From the IMG/VR virus record IMGVR_UViG_3300025066_000007: a stretch of DNA of 64,000 nt. One strand, 5' to 3'. A model generated the notes under the pieces. That model was not told the origin of the DNA and did not search any database. It was given only the letters and a program-made list of their open reading frames with translations. Positions 37,853 to 47,714 of the stretch are shown here, piece after piece. Origin of the DNA: a virus (taxonomy: Duplodnaviria; Caudoviricetes). Position numbers and translations under genes: made by a program. Each line of letters starts with the position of its first letter. The first letter of the stretch is position 1.

Positions 37853-38200
37853 TCAAGCTCCCTCTGGGGCTTCTGCCTCTTTTTCTATAAGAGACTCCTC
37901 TTTCGCCTGAGCTTCTTTCGCGGCCTTCTCTTTGGCCTTTTGCTCTTCCGCTCTTTCAATTCTCTTAATTCGACCTGTAATTCTCTCTGTAGCAAAAACA
38001 AGCTCGTCTTCGTCAAGCTCATCTGCAAAAAAATAAAAAATAGCCTTTCCACCTTCTGTAAGAGAGGCTTCAAGAGTCTCAAGCTCTTCCTTTATAACAT
38101 TAATTCTCATCATCTCCCTCAAAAGGGTCTGCCCGGACTCTAACAGAGTCTTATCATCGATACCGTTAATCATATCCCGAAAGTCATTAAGTTTTGGCAT
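37853..38200 (-). CDS. Hypothetical charged helical protein
   Basis: 115 aa ORF. Confidence 0.55.
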   Translation of the reverse strand: MPKLNDFRDMINGIDDKTLLESGQTLLREMMRINVIKEELETLEASLTEGGKAIFYFFADELDEDELVFATERITGRIKRIERAEEQKAKEKAAKEAQAKEESLIEKEAEAPEGA

Positions 38201-38261
38201 TTTCTTCCTTTTCTGTACTGCTACTAATAATCTTTCCTTCTATACAAAGGAATAAGTTAAT

Positions 38262-39224
38262 ATGCTTAATAGATTAAACTCTTTGGAAGCCTATCTCGAT
38301 GAAGTAGGTCAAAAAGATTCCTCTAATGCTGTTGGATCTCTCTTAAAAATCTGCGAAGCAAATAGCCTCTCTCTCTTCGATATAAGCAATCCTCAGCTAA
38401 AAGCGTGGGATGACTTGCTCCTCAAAATGTATCGTCCTTCGTCGCTTGTCTTTGAAATAAAAGAAGTTGGAAAGGCCTTATCTGTTCCAGCAAGCAAGCT
38501 TTCCGCCTCACTTGAGAAGCTGAACGTCCCAAAGGACGTAGCAAAAAAAGAAGAGCTAATACAAACGCTGGCCTCAATTAAGCTAGAAAAAAAATTTGAC
38601 GAAATTGTCAAATCGGCTGACTGGAAATCTATGCTCTTAAAGGGAGACAGCACAAAGATTAAACCAAAGTTTTTCGGAAGAGCAGTTCCAGTCGCCGGCG
38701 CCCTCATTACTATTGGCGCAGCCACAAAAAATATAACAGAAGCAATTGGCAATGCCAAAGTTATTATGAACGAACTTCCTTTGGAGAAATACAATCTATC
38801 TCTCACTAAGATATTTTCCCCTGCAGCAGTTGCAATTGGAAGCATTCTATCTGATCAGATCGAACAAAATAAAGATAATCCAGAGAATCTCTCGGAACTT
38901 CTAGACGTTTGCAGAGTTATATCCGCCTTTTATATGGATTTTATATTTGCTCTATCAAATAGTGTTATGATGGTAATTGACATTCTAACCGCGCTCTCTG
39001 CTCTTCTCGATGGCCCACTTCCAATTGCAGATGTACTTGCTGGTTTGGTTGGGTTCGTATTGAGCATGGGAATCATCGGAGCAGAACTCGGAAGCGAATA
39101 CCTATCCGAAAAATACTGGAAGAATCATTTTGCCAAGATTAAATCTATAGCGATTGAAAATATCCAGAGGATAGAGAAGTCTTTCTCTACTGCTGAGGAT
39201 GCTCAGTTGGAGCCTGCTTCCTAG
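38262..39224 (+). CDS. Hypothetical protein with hydrophobic C-terminal helices (only credible + strand gene)
   Basis: 320 aa; AAGGA RBS; occupies a gap free of minus-strand genes. Confidence 0.7.
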   Translation: MLNRLNSLEAYLDEVGQKDSSNAVGSLLKICEANSLSLFDISNPQLKAWDDLLLKMYRPSSLVFEIKEVGKALSVPASKLSASLEKLNVPKDVAKKEELIQTLASIKLEKKFDEIVKSADWKSMLLKGDSTKIKPKFFGRAVPVAGALITIGAATKNITEAIGNAKVIMNELPLEKYNLSLTKIFSPAAVAIGSILSDQIEQNKDNPENLSELLDVCRVISAFYMDFIFALSNSVMMVIDILTALSALLDGPLPIADVLAGLVGFVLSMGIIGAELGSEYLSEKYWKNHFAKIKSIAIENIQRIEKSFSTAEDAQLEPAS

Positions 39225-39364
39225 CAAGAGAGCCTTTCCGGTTCCACCAACTAAGCCACTCTCGCTCCCACTCTTCGCGATTAACGCGAATTTTGCGCGT
39301 TCCTCTTTTCACAAAATAAACAGTAACAGGCCCAACTTCTTCTTCATTTGTCATATACTATCTC

Positions 39365-39913
39365 CTATTTGTTCTGAAAAAACTGTCTGCAGTATTCACT
39401 CATAACCGCAGTTCCAGCGTGACTAACATTTAGACAATAACCGAGACCATTCATTGGAATAAAAATAGAATCATTCTTTAGCGAAATCTCAGCCGGAACA
39501 CCCGTCTCTTCATTTCCTAAGACAAGCACGATTTTCTCTTCAAAGTTGAACTTGTAATCGAAAACACTTTCTGCATCTTCAGTCAGTTCAACCGCAACTC
39601 TTTTATATGAGTTATTGTCGCAGAACTCATTAAAGTACATCGGATTAGAAAATGTCTTAAATCGCATATAATCATATAGCGAACCGGACCTCGGATTTAG
39701 AAAGCTTCTATCCGGCAATGAGCCCATTACGAATATGTCTCTAACCCCAAAACATGCCGCACTTCTTATTAGAAACGCTAAATTTTCATCAAAAGAAAAA
39801 CTGACCGTAGCTATTGCCAGCGGAACCTCTATAGCATCCTTTATCTTCTCGCTATATCGCTCACGCCTTGTTTTGCTTCTTTTTGTGTCTAGAAACATCG
39901 GACTTCCAATCAT
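39365..39913 (-). CDS. SpoU/TrmH-family RNA methyltransferase
   Basis: NLAFLIRSAACFG, LVLGNEETG, IPMNG...CLNVSHA. Confidence 0.85.
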   Translation of the reverse strand: MIGSPMFLDTKRSKTRRERYSEKIKDAIEVPLAIATVSFSFDENLAFLIRSAACFGVRDIFVMGSLPDRSFLNPRSGSLYDYMRFKTFSNPMYFNEFCDNNSYKRVAVELTEDAESVFDYKFNFEEKIVLVLGNEETGVPAEISLKNDSIFIPMNGLGYCLNVSHAGTAVMSEYCRQFFQNK

Positions 39914-40372
39914 CTAATCGTTTGTAGAAATCACCTTATAAACTCTGCCAAACTTTGAGAACTTTTCTCCGAACGAAAGAAGTCTGGCCAGCTTTAAAGC
40001 GAAATCTCCCTCCTCATCCTTGTAAGAAGGATTCAGCGCTTTCATCGCAGACTCCAACTCCTCTTTTGAGGAGCTCCACTTTGCCACAAACTCTTCCGGA
40101 CTCATATTTGCTGCGGCGAAAAAATAACTTCGATAATCACTCAGATTTGCCGCAGTTACCCCCTCCTCTTTCGACCACGCTCTTTCTTCTTCCGTTGTCT
40201 TTTTAGACTTAGACGCCGTAGAGAGAACTACATCTTGCGAAAGATCTAACACATCAGTGTCTGACCACCCGAAATATATATTGGTTATATTATTCTCGGC
40301 AGGAACTCGCTCTTCTTTGTAGGCATAAAGTTTGCTAACTTTGTATTTAGACTTGAAATCTGCAAGCCCCAT
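39914..40372 (-). CDS. Hypothetical protein
   Basis: Track ORF 39914..40417; ATG at 40372 with GGAG RBS. Confidence 0.55.
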   Translation of the reverse strand: MGLADFKSKYKVSKLYAYKEERVPAENNITNIYFGWSDTDVLDLSQDVVLSTASKSKKTTEEERAWSKEEGVTAANLSDYRSYFFAAANMSPEEFVAKWSSSKEELESAMKALNPSYKDEEGDFALKLARLLSFGEKFSKFGRVYKVISTND

Positions 40373-40373
40373 T

Positions 40374-41417
40374 CTACTCCTCCGCTGAGCACACCACAGA
40401 GATGAGAGTAGCCGCAACTCTATATGGATTTGCGTTTGAATTAGGACGCCTATCTTCGAAGTATCCCGCGCCGGCCCGCTTTACATGCCAAGGAATTCTG
40501 ACTGACGCACTACGATCTGAGACTCCAACGCGAAACTCATCAAGGCTACAAGTCTCATGTTTGCCAGTAAGCCTTCTCTCTAAGCCGACTCCATAAGTGG
40601 ACTTCGCCAAGTCAATCGCACTCTCTTCCGCTAAAGCCTCGCACGCTTTATTAATGGGAGTTATCCCACCAGCCTCACGCATAGATGCCGTACTAAAGTT
40701 GGAGTGCAAGCCGCTTCCATTCCAATCTCCGCAAACAGGCTTCGGGTCTAGACTTATGCTTACTTCCTGTAACTCACAGACTCTCTGCAAAATAAACCTA
40801 GCCACCCAAAGATGGTCACAAGCCTGCACTGCATTAGTTCCTGGGCCACCTATTTGGTACTCCCACTGTCCAAGCGCAACCTCTGCGTTGATTCCTACGA
40901 TTGAAAGCCCAGAATTAATACAGGAGTTAAGATGTAGCTCAGAAAGATTCCGGCCGACAACATTCTCTGCTCCTACTGCACAATAATAAGGACCTTGTGG
41001 CCTCATATCTTCAGAGTGGCCTAACGGCTCATCATCTTTCATCATAAAGTATTCTTGCTCAAATCCAATAACGGGGTCCTTATCATTGTGCTTGAGCATT
41101 TCGTCAATCAGCCTTGCCCTATAATTGGTCTCGTGTGGAGTCATATCCGTATTTAGAACATCACAAAGAACAAGGACTCCATTTTCACGATTTGAGTCTA
41201 AACACGCAAAAACTGGCCTTAAAACTAAATCTGATTCATTTGATTCCGCCTGCTTCGTGCTAGAGCCATCAAAGCTCCAAACTGGCAAATCCTTTAGAGA
41301 AAGGGTCCACTCTTTCTCTTCCGTTGAAAGGGTAAGAACCCTGGTCTTTGACCTTAACTCCTGAGTCTCATATCCGTCGAGCCAAATATATTCTGCCTTT
41401 ATGGTAGTTCTGTTCAT
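40374..41417 (-). CDS. glnII: Glutamine synthetase type II
   Basis: AEYIWLDG...LRSKTR, WSFDGSST, GFEQEY, QGPYYC, INAEV..GQWEYQIG, DWNGSGLHSNFST, RLTGKHET, GYFEDRRP. Confidence 0.92.
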   Translation of the reverse strand: MNRTTIKAEYIWLDGYETQELRSKTRVLTLSTEEKEWTLSLKDLPVWSFDGSSTKQAESNESDLVLRPVFACLDSNRENGVLVLCDVLNTDMTPHETNYRARLIDEMLKHNDKDPVIGFEQEYFMMKDDEPLGHSEDMRPQGPYYCAVGAENVVGRNLSELHLNSCINSGLSIVGINAEVALGQWEYQIGGPGTNAVQACDHLWVARFILQRVCELQEVSISLDPKPVCGDWNGSGLHSNFSTASMREAGGITPINKACEALAEESAIDLAKSTYGVGLERRLTGKHETCSLDEFRVGVSDRSASVRIPWHVKRAGAGYFEDRRPNSNANPYRVAATLISVVCSAEE

Positions 41418-41424
41418 CTTTATC

Positions 41425-42282
41425 CTATTGTAAATTCAAAAAAGTTTCTTCATACTCATCTAATGTCTTTTGCTTTAGCATAGACGCAAAGCTCATAGAG
41501 TGAAAGTCATTAGAAATACTGCTCATGTCTAAAACAGATTTTGTATAAACGATCTTACTCTCTTCGCCCTTTAGATCAATAAACTTTATCAGGCTATAGC
41601 TTTTCTCATAAGCCTTGCGAAACGTATCATCCTTCAGCTTCTGACTCAAAAGGCCTTCTGTCTCCAATATTTTAGAAGCAGTCTTCTTTCCGACTCCCCT
41701 TACCCCAGGAATATTGTCAGCCTTATCTCCCACCATTGCCTTCCAGGAAACATAATCATAGCTCGTATTTTCACGATACTTTTTGGAAATAGGATTATAA
41801 AGCTTTACAGTGTCCGGATACTTATTAAGAAGCTGAATAAAATCAGTATCAGAAGAGATTATCGTTACGTCATCGTCCCTATGAAAGTAATCAATAATAT
41901 ACTGAACTAAATCATCGCATTCTTGCTCTGGATGGAATACAGTTCTGATGGGATAATCCTTTTGAACAGAAGAGATTATCTTTCTCTTCTGCCTATGGAA
42001 AGACTCCCAATATTTAACGATATCTGGATTATCCGTATCTATCTTGCGATTTCCCTTATAGTTGGGGTCTGCCTCCAACCTCGCTGCGGGCTTTCCGTCT
42101 AACGGAAAATAAACAATATCTGGAGAAAATCTAGATACAGTCGCCCTGAGAGTCCTAAAAAAGTTGTAAACAATCTGGTGCTCTCCGTCAGCCAAACCAC
42201 CGCCCCACTGAAAGCGGCACCTATGAATCATATTATAGGCATCAATGATCAGAATTTTTTTAGATAATGCTTTTGATATCAA
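41425..42282 (-). CDS. 5'-3' exonuclease / flap endonuclease (T4 RNase H or PolI N-terminus-like)
   Basis: IIDAYN, ECDD, ISSDTDFIQL, GDKADNIPGVRGVGKKTA; AAGGAG RBS before TTG at 42282. Confidence 0.88.
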   Translation of the reverse strand: MISKALSKKILIIDAYNMIHRCRFQWGGGLADGEHQIVYNFFRTLRATVSRFSPDIVYFPLDGKPAARLEADPNYKGNRKIDTDNPDIVKYWESFHRQKRKIISSVQKDYPIRTVFHPEQECDDLVQYIIDYFHRDDDVTIISSDTDFIQLLNKYPDTVKLYNPISKKYRENTSYDYVSWKAMVGDKADNIPGVRGVGKKTASKILETEGLLSQKLKDDTFRKAYEKSYSLIKFIDLKGEESKIVYTKSVLDMSSISNDFHSMSFASMLKQKTLDEYEETFLNLQ

Positions 42283-42937
42283 CTGCGTTCTCCTTGGCGT
42301 CCTTAACTGTCTTTCCACTGCCATGTACCTCAAACATTATGATGAGATCTTTAGTCTTATCATTAACGGTACACATGGTACAGGTATTACAGGAAATATC
42401 GCTCTTGCCTTCAACTCCATGCCTTGCAGGACAAAGCACTGCCTTTTTTCCTGAAAGCTCCAAGCTTTTGGGAATCCCGCTTCCCTTTACAGCTAAGGAG
42501 GTAGACCATCCCATGGAAATTGCCTCGCTTAATTCTTCTAGAGAATTACAAGACGCCCTAAACCACTTCTTGAGTGGTCGAGAGGACTTTTTCTTCCAGG
42601 CATGTGTATATCCAATATTAATTAGACCCTCTGCCTCAACCTGCTTGCACTCAGAAATGGTGTCTGGAACATCGCCAACGATATCTCCAGCGACTCTATG
42701 CCTAACAATCCTCGCAGACTTATGCCTCTTCTTCAAAGCTTCAGTCAAAGATTTGGCCTTAAGCTTTCCCGTCTCAATATTCTTTCCCAAGACCCTTAGG
42801 TAAAAAAGACCCCAAGCATAACAGCCGCCGCTCTTAAAAGAGCAGGAGTCTGGACACGAACTCAGGGGAGAATATGAGGCAAGCACTTTGCCTATCTTTT
42901 TATCTGAAGACCTCGAAACCCAATGAACAGTTCTCAT
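42260..42937 (-). CDS. Conserved Cys-rich phage protein
   Basis: KKIG...SCPDSC...GCYA...RHRVAGD...YTH...CPA...CNTCTMC. Confidence 0.65.
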   Translation of the reverse strand: MRTVHWVSRSSDKKIGKVLASYSPLSSCPDSCSFKSGGCYAWGLFYLRVLGKNIETGKLKAKSLTEALKKRHKSARIVRHRVAGDIVGDVPDTISECKQVEAEGLINIGYTHAWKKKSSRPLKKWFRASCNSLEELSEAISMGWSTSLAVKGSGIPKSLELSGKKAVLCPARHGVEGKSDISCNTCTMCTVNDKTKDLIIMFEVHGSGKTVKDAKENAVDIKSII

Positions 42938-42987
42938 ATTTACAACTCCAACAGCTAGTGGCACCTTTCGTTCGGATTAACGGACTA

Positions 42988-43019
42988 TGATGCTGCGGGA
43001 AGCATCTCCCGCAGCATCA
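42988..43019. other. 13-bp perfect hairpin in intergenic region
   Basis: TGATGCTGCGGGA-agcatc-TCCCGCAGCATCA; no U-tract. Confidence 0.6.
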
Positions 43020-43041
43020 AAAGTATCAGCCGATACGACTC

Positions 43042-43257
43042 TTACTCAGAAAGAGTTTCGTTTAGAAAACTTCGTAGAGCCTGAGCTTCACGAATAGTCA
43101 TATTGACAGCATGACTCGGAACTCGCCAGTCTTCTGATTGAACTACAATCTGAAGCCGATTGCTTCCGGCCTGCTTACGCGGGTCTCCATTTCGTAGGTT
43201 AAGAGTTAGCGACTTAGTCTTCTTAGTTCTATTTAGCATCTGAATTTTCCTTTCCAA
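43042..43257 (-). CDS. Hypothetical protein
   Basis: 71 aa ORF. Confidence 0.55.
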   Translation of the reverse strand: MERKIQMLNRTKKTKSLTLNLRNGDPRKQAGSNRLQIVVQSEDWRVPSHAVNMTIREAQALRSFLNETLSE

Positions 43258-43435
43258 AAATCATTACACTTGCTCTTTTTGGGGAGCGTTTCATTTTCTT
43301 TGCAGCCTTATTTCTCGGCTTACTCGTTGGATTACTTGCTGTCGCGGCAGATAATAGCACCGAAACATCATTCTCATCAAAAGGGGTCTTATCTATTCCG
43401 ACTAGATCCTTTGATATGCTCTTCTCTACAACCAT
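43229..43435 (-). CDS. Hypothetical protein
   Basis: 68 aa ORF. Confidence 0.4.
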   Translation of the reverse strand: MVVEKSISKDLVGIDKTPFDENDVSVLLSAATASNPTSKPRNKAAKKMKRSPKRASVMIFGKENSDAK

Positions 43436-43459
43436 CTATCCCTTCCTTTTAGATCTTAT

Positions 43460-43729
43460 TTACCCCTCTGCCAGCCAGCCTGAGCGCCGCTCCTCAAGAG
43501 AGATAATATCTTCAACAATTGCCATGCAGATACTTCCATCAGCAGTATGGTAATTAATGACGTTAGAGCTGTAATCAACAGACTCTACCACTCCCCTCTC
43601 TCGCTCTCCCTTTCGGGAGCGACTATTGACCCGGATGCAATCTCCGGCTTCAAAGTCCTTAATATGAAAGCAGTTAAACTCATCATACGGCCGACCATAT
43701 AGCTTGGAAAACTCTACCTTATTACTCAT
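43460..43729 (-). CDS. Hypothetical protein (SH3/KOW-like beta fold possible)
   Basis: ATG at 43729; GDCIRV...RGVVESVD. Confidence 0.55.
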   Translation of the reverse strand: MSNKVEFSKLYGRPYDEFNCFHIKDFEAGDCIRVNSRSRKGERERGVVESVDYSSNVINYHTADGSICMAIVEDIISLEERRSGWLAEG

Positions 43730-43823
43730 CACATTCTCAATCGTTAAGGGTTCATCCTGCCAAAATGGCAGAGCCCCGCATACCAACATGGTATTCGCGG
43801 AACAATTCGAGTCCAGAGATTAT

Positions 43824-44450
43824 TTAATCTCTATTCTCGTTTTCAATAATCTTCTTTCTCAGCACCTTATGGATACCCGGATTTACCCGCAAAGCACTTG
43901 GGAGCAAAACATGCCGGATATAGTTCCTCATATATGAGGTATTGGAGTTCGACGGGTCTTCCACATAAGGGACGCCCTTTCTTTTGCACCAAGATAGTAA
44001 CTCAGCCTTTCTAGTAGAAAGAAACGGTCTTACATAGTTGTCTCGACGCCTTGGGATTAGCCTTGGAGTCCCATGTAGCGAGGTAAAAATCCAAGTTTCA
44101 ACCAAGTCGTCAAGATGGTGGCAGGTTACAATTGGGATACCCTTACCTACAGTCGAAGAGAACAGATTGAAAAAAGCATAACGCTGCTCTCTCCAATAGC
44201 ATTCCTTCGACTCTCTTGGGCGCAACTCTCGGGTCAACTTCCCAGCGAACAAAGGCAGCCCCTTTTCTTCGGCATATTCCCTTACGAAGCTTTCTGCTTC
44301 ATCTGCGTGCTCCGACCCGTGATTAAAATGCAGAATGGTCACGCTTCTCTTCCCTCCATTATGAAGAAAGTCTAACGCGGCCATACTGTCTGCACCCCCC
44401 GATACTGCTACGGCAATGTTTTCGGGAATCTTTTCCAAGAGAGTAATCAT
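43824..44450 (-). CDS. tilS: tRNA(Ile)-lysidine synthase (N-terminal catalytic domain only)
   Basis: PP-loop SGGADS, HFNHG, RY, TCHHLDD, RPFL, EDPSN...YMRNYIR. Confidence 0.88.
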   Translation of the reverse strand: MITLLEKIPENIAVAVSGGADSMAALDFLHNGGKRSVTILHFNHGSEHADEAESFVREYAEEKGLPLFAGKLTRELRPRESKECYWREQRYAFFNLFSSTVGKGIPIVTCHHLDDLVETWIFTSLHGTPRLIPRRRDNYVRPFLSTRKAELLSWCKRKGVPYVEDPSNSNTSYMRNYIRHVLLPSALRVNPGIHKVLRKKIIENENRD

Positions 44451-44479
44451 GCTCGCCCTTCGCGGCTGGGTTCCGCCTA

Positions 44480-44515
44480 GATATAGTGCAGGACAAAATT
44501 ATATTACGTTTTTTT
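44480..44515 (-). promoter_or_regulatory. Conserved promoter-like motif, copy 4
   Basis: AAAAAAA CGTAATAT N8 CCTGCACTATATC upstream of tilS. Confidence 0.65.
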
Positions 44516-44569
44516 AGAACCACACCTATCCCCTTGCCCACCGTGCATTACCTGCCCTTGGCCCCTCTT

Positions 44570-44827
44570 CTAAGAAGAGAGTCTGTTTAATTCAAACAAA
44601 ATAGGAGAAACCCCTCCTTCTACTAGCTCTACGATCTCCCACGTTAAAGCTTCATCTGCTTTATTTCCATATTCTATTTGCCTTTTAATAGCATTAACTG
44701 CATCGAACTTTCTTGTCCATATTGCACCACGACTAGTCCAAGATCCATAAGCTCCCTTTGTAAGAAACTTTCCAATGCTTGGATCCCTGACTTTATATCC
44801 AAAAATTTTTTTCTTTTCTTTCTTCAA
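44570..44827 (-). CDS. Hypothetical protein
   Basis: 85 aa ORF. Confidence 0.55.
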   Translation of the reverse strand: MKKEKKKIFGYKVRDPSIGKFLTKGAYGSWTSRGAIWTRKFDAVNAIKRQIEYGNKADEALTWEIVELVEGGVSPILFELNRLSS

Positions 44828-44858
44828 AATAACTCCTCAAGAGAGGTATTGTCTAACT

Positions 44859-45644
44859 CTAGTTCACTTCAAAAATTCTCTTAATAGCGCTCTCGACCCT
44901 CTTGCTACCCCCCGCCCCTCCTAGGAAGAACATTGCCTCCTCCGGAGTAAGACGCTTAACTAGCTCCGTTAGAAATAAATCGTTAATAACTCCATGAGTT
45001 CCGGCCTTTAACTTAGAAATAAATGGCTCAAGATCACTTCGTGTCGCAGACCCCAAAGCTCTTCTCTCCAGATAAGAAATTCTTTGCCCAATATCTTTTG
45101 GAAGAAACTGCTTATAACAATTGTCAAATCCAATTCTCGTTATGAGTTTTGTTTGGACGTTTCTCTTTAGAGGACGAGAAACTTGATTTGTGAGCATTTT
45201 TTTGGCAATATTAACTGGCAAAATTGAAACGACTCTAGATCTAACTCTTTGGTCCCTAGAGTCTATCAGCCTCTTAGACATCTTTATTCGCTCTTCTGAC
45301 GATACAGAGTCTAGAACTATGATCGCGAAAATGCCCTGAGAATAATTAGTTAAAATCTTTCTATCATTTTCATTATAACAGAAGGCTTTGACAAGGTTCT
45401 CAAATACGGCCCCAAACCCTTTCTTCTTATCTTTGTTAGAATAAGTCCAGCCAGGATAATGATTCCATCTGGAATCGCTTACAATATCCTTCTTATGCTT
45501 ATTAGACAACGTCTTCCAGTATTCTAAAACCCGAGGCTCGTCTGAATACTCGACTCTTGACCAGCGCCACCTCCTCTCCTTCTTGCTCAAGGTTAAAAGC
45601 AACTCCATGAACTTATCGTACGGCTTATTAGTTTTCTTCGGCAT
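44859..45644 (-). CDS. Helical hypothetical protein (window paralog family)
   Basis: DSRDQRVRSRVV HEAT-like segment. Confidence 0.6.
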   Translation of the reverse strand: MPKKTNKPYDKFMELLLTLSKKERRWRWSRVEYSDEPRVLEYWKTLSNKHKKDIVSDSRWNHYPGWTYSNKDKKKGFGAVFENLVKAFCYNENDRKILTNYSQGIFAIIVLDSVSSEERIKMSKRLIDSRDQRVRSRVVSILPVNIAKKMLTNQVSRPLKRNVQTKLITRIGFDNCYKQFLPKDIGQRISYLERRALGSATRSDLEPFISKLKAGTHGVINDLFLTELVKRLTPEEAMFFLGGAGGSKRVESAIKRIFEVN

Positions 45645-45659
45645 ATTATATCCTTTCTT

Positions 45660-46004
45660 CTACAGTTGATGCAACACTGGCTGACGCTCTTCGCTCAGAC
45701 AGACTAGAATAATTTTATTAAAAATAGCAATAGTATCCCCCGCTTCTCCGACAGAGGCTCTGACTTTCAGGGTCAAGCTCGTTTTTCCAGCCTTATAAAA
45801 GGAAGCGTCTATCACGACTATCTCTCCTAACTTTGGGCTAGAAACAAAATCTACTGACTCAATGTGCCGAATAACACATAAACGCTTCGATAATAACTGA
45901 CCATATGTTTCGCACGCCTCACTAACCCATTTCATTAAGACTCCGCTGCGTAATATGTTTTGAGCGTTTATATCAGACTGAGTTATTGAGTGTCTAAACT
46001 TCAT
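45660..46004 (-). CDS. Hotdog-fold acyl-CoA thioesterase-like protein
   Basis: DINAQNILRSGVLMKWV...VDFVSSPKLGEIV...GKTSLTLKV; ATG at 46004. Confidence 0.7.
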   Translation of the reverse strand: MKFRHSITQSDINAQNILRSGVLMKWVSEACETYGQLLSKRLCVIRHIESVDFVSSPKLGEIVVIDASFYKAGKTSLTLKVRASVGEAGDTIAIFNKIILVCLSEERQPVLHQL

Positions 46005-46011
46005 TTGTTTT

Positions 46012-47031
46012 CTAAAAGGGAATTGAGTCATAGTCAGCAGATGGAGCCGACTCCCCAAGGTAATCCTTAAGCCCTTTCAGGGAATCTGCTCTGTCAATCA
46101 GAAATATAGCATACTCTTCCTTAAAGCTTTTCATCTTAGTAAATTCGTCAAACATTCCTTCAAGTGAAGCTACCATGCCCCGAAACACCTTTGCGGTCGA
46201 TCTTCGCAGGCCATAAGCACTCCTGATATACTCCATCTTTTCTTTATACGCATCAAAATCTACATCTTTAGCCTCATAGAAGACATTGAAGATATGGCCG
46301 GCAAGCTCTTGGCTGAAGTCAAGCCCGTATCTTCGACTATACTTAAATGCTCTTAGTGCATTGAAAACTCTTGATGGCAGAGTTCCTTCGTTGTAAATAT
46401 CATTTGAATTTAAGCGCAAAACTCCATCATTAAAACATGATAATAGTTCGGAATCATAATATAGTTCATCATCTTTCCAGCCAATCATACAATTTACAAA
46501 ATCAAATCCTGAAATCAAATCTTCAACTGACTTAGCAGGCGTTCTCATAAACTGTTGAGAAACATCTTTCATTGACTTGGGGCTATCCCGGCTAATACTT
46601 GGAGAAAATGTATTTGCCCAACCTGTCGAATTAATAAGCTCAGACAGGCCCAGAGCTTCTATCGTCAGAGATAACTGTGCGTCCTTCATGTATCTCTGAA
46701 ACACTCCTCCACCTCCCTCTACATACTTCTTTATAAGAAGATGTTCTCTTGAGTCAGGATTCGAATGAACAATACTATCCTCTAGAAACCAGTAGTCAAT
46801 ATCAGAAAAGTCTCCGCCAATCAGCCCTCCCACCGACCGAATATTCTTTCTCTTAAGATTTTTTTCCAGAAGCCTCCACTGAAAGGGTTCTGCGCATGAC
46901 CTCTCTACAAGATAGCAGAATAAAATGGAGCCTCCAGCAATGATGGGGTCCAAAGCCCTTAAGTTTTCATTGGGAACCAAATAAGTTTTGATTAAATAAT
47001 TGAGTCTATCATTTTTTGTCTTTAAAATCAT
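46012..47031 (-). CDS. Nucleotidyltransferase-superfamily protein (CCA/poly(A)-polymerase-like head)
   Basis: IAGGS...SDIDYW...FDFVNCMIG...LRAFKY; ATG at 47031. Confidence 0.55.
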   Translation of the reverse strand: MILKTKNDRLNYLIKTYLVPNENLRALDPIIAGGSILFCYLVERSCAEPFQWRLLEKNLKRKNIRSVGGLIGGDFSDIDYWFLEDSIVHSNPDSREHLLIKKYVEGGGGVFQRYMKDAQLSLTIEALGLSELINSTGWANTFSPSISRDSPKSMKDVSQQFMRTPAKSVEDLISGFDFVNCMIGWKDDELYYDSELLSCFNDGVLRLNSNDIYNEGTLPSRVFNALRAFKYSRRYGLDFSQELAGHIFNVFYEAKDVDFDAYKEKMEYIRSAYGLRRSTAKVFRGMVASLEGMFDEFTKMKSFKEEYAIFLIDRADSLKGLKDYLGESAPSADYDSIPF

Positions 47032-47044
47032 ATTGCGCCTCTTA

Positions 47045-47488
47045 TTAAGACAATTTGTATATGCAAAATTGCCCACTCTTACTCTTTACAATCGGTAAGT
47101 CTAATCGAACATCCCTCTGAAGCCCCCTGGAGGTCTCTCCGTCTGTTGCGACGTCTCTTCTTACCGTTAGAAATGCCGTACCTCCCGGAGTTAAGCGACT
47201 CCCAATATCTTTGATTACAGCCCTCATCTCTTTCTCAGGCAGAACATTTAAGACATATGTGCACAGGATTGTATCATATACTTTAGACCTTAGCTTTAAT
47301 GGACCCCAATGTGGATCATATCCATCTGCAGCATAATTATTACGCTGAAGAAACCTGAGATCATCCCCTCGGCCACAACCGTAATCAAGCAGATCTCCCG
47401 AGAGTAAGCCTTCGGAAAGCAGGTAAGAAAGTGGGGCAGACGGCTTGCTCCGCTTAATAGCCGTCTTCCAGCTCGTTGTAGATGACAC
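47045..47488 (-). CDS. Class I SAM-dependent methyltransferase
   Basis: LLDYGCGRGDD, YDP, YDTILCTYVLNV, LTVRRD. Confidence 0.8.
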   Translation of the reverse strand: MSSTTSWKTAIKRSKPSAPLSYLLSEGLLSGDLLDYGCGRGDDLRFLQRNNYAADGYDPHWGPLKLRSKVYDTILCTYVLNVLPEKEMRAVIKDIGSRLTPGGTAFLTVRRDVATDGETSRGLQRDVRLDLPIVKSKSGQFCIYKLS

Positions 47489-47706
47489 TATATCTCTTTC
47501 TCAATCCATTCTTCTGCAATCATTTTTTCATAAGTAATAATTACACTTAGATTTAAGCCCCACTTCTTCTTGGAGTCCAGAACTGCTGCGTTAGCCATAG
47601 GGTATGACCCTCCAAGGGAGGCTACCTCTAGCCCCTCCCGAAACAAAGCAGAGGTCCATAGTCCGCGCTTATCCATATAAACATTTATAAAATCTTGCCT
47701 ATCCAT
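47488..47706 (-). CDS. Hypothetical protein
   Basis: 72 aa ORF. Confidence 0.5.
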   Translation of the reverse strand: MDRQDFINVYMDKRGLWTSALFREGLEVASLGGSYPMANAAVLDSKKKWGLNLSVIITYEKMIAEEWIEKEI

Positions 47707-47714
47707 AGGTCCTC

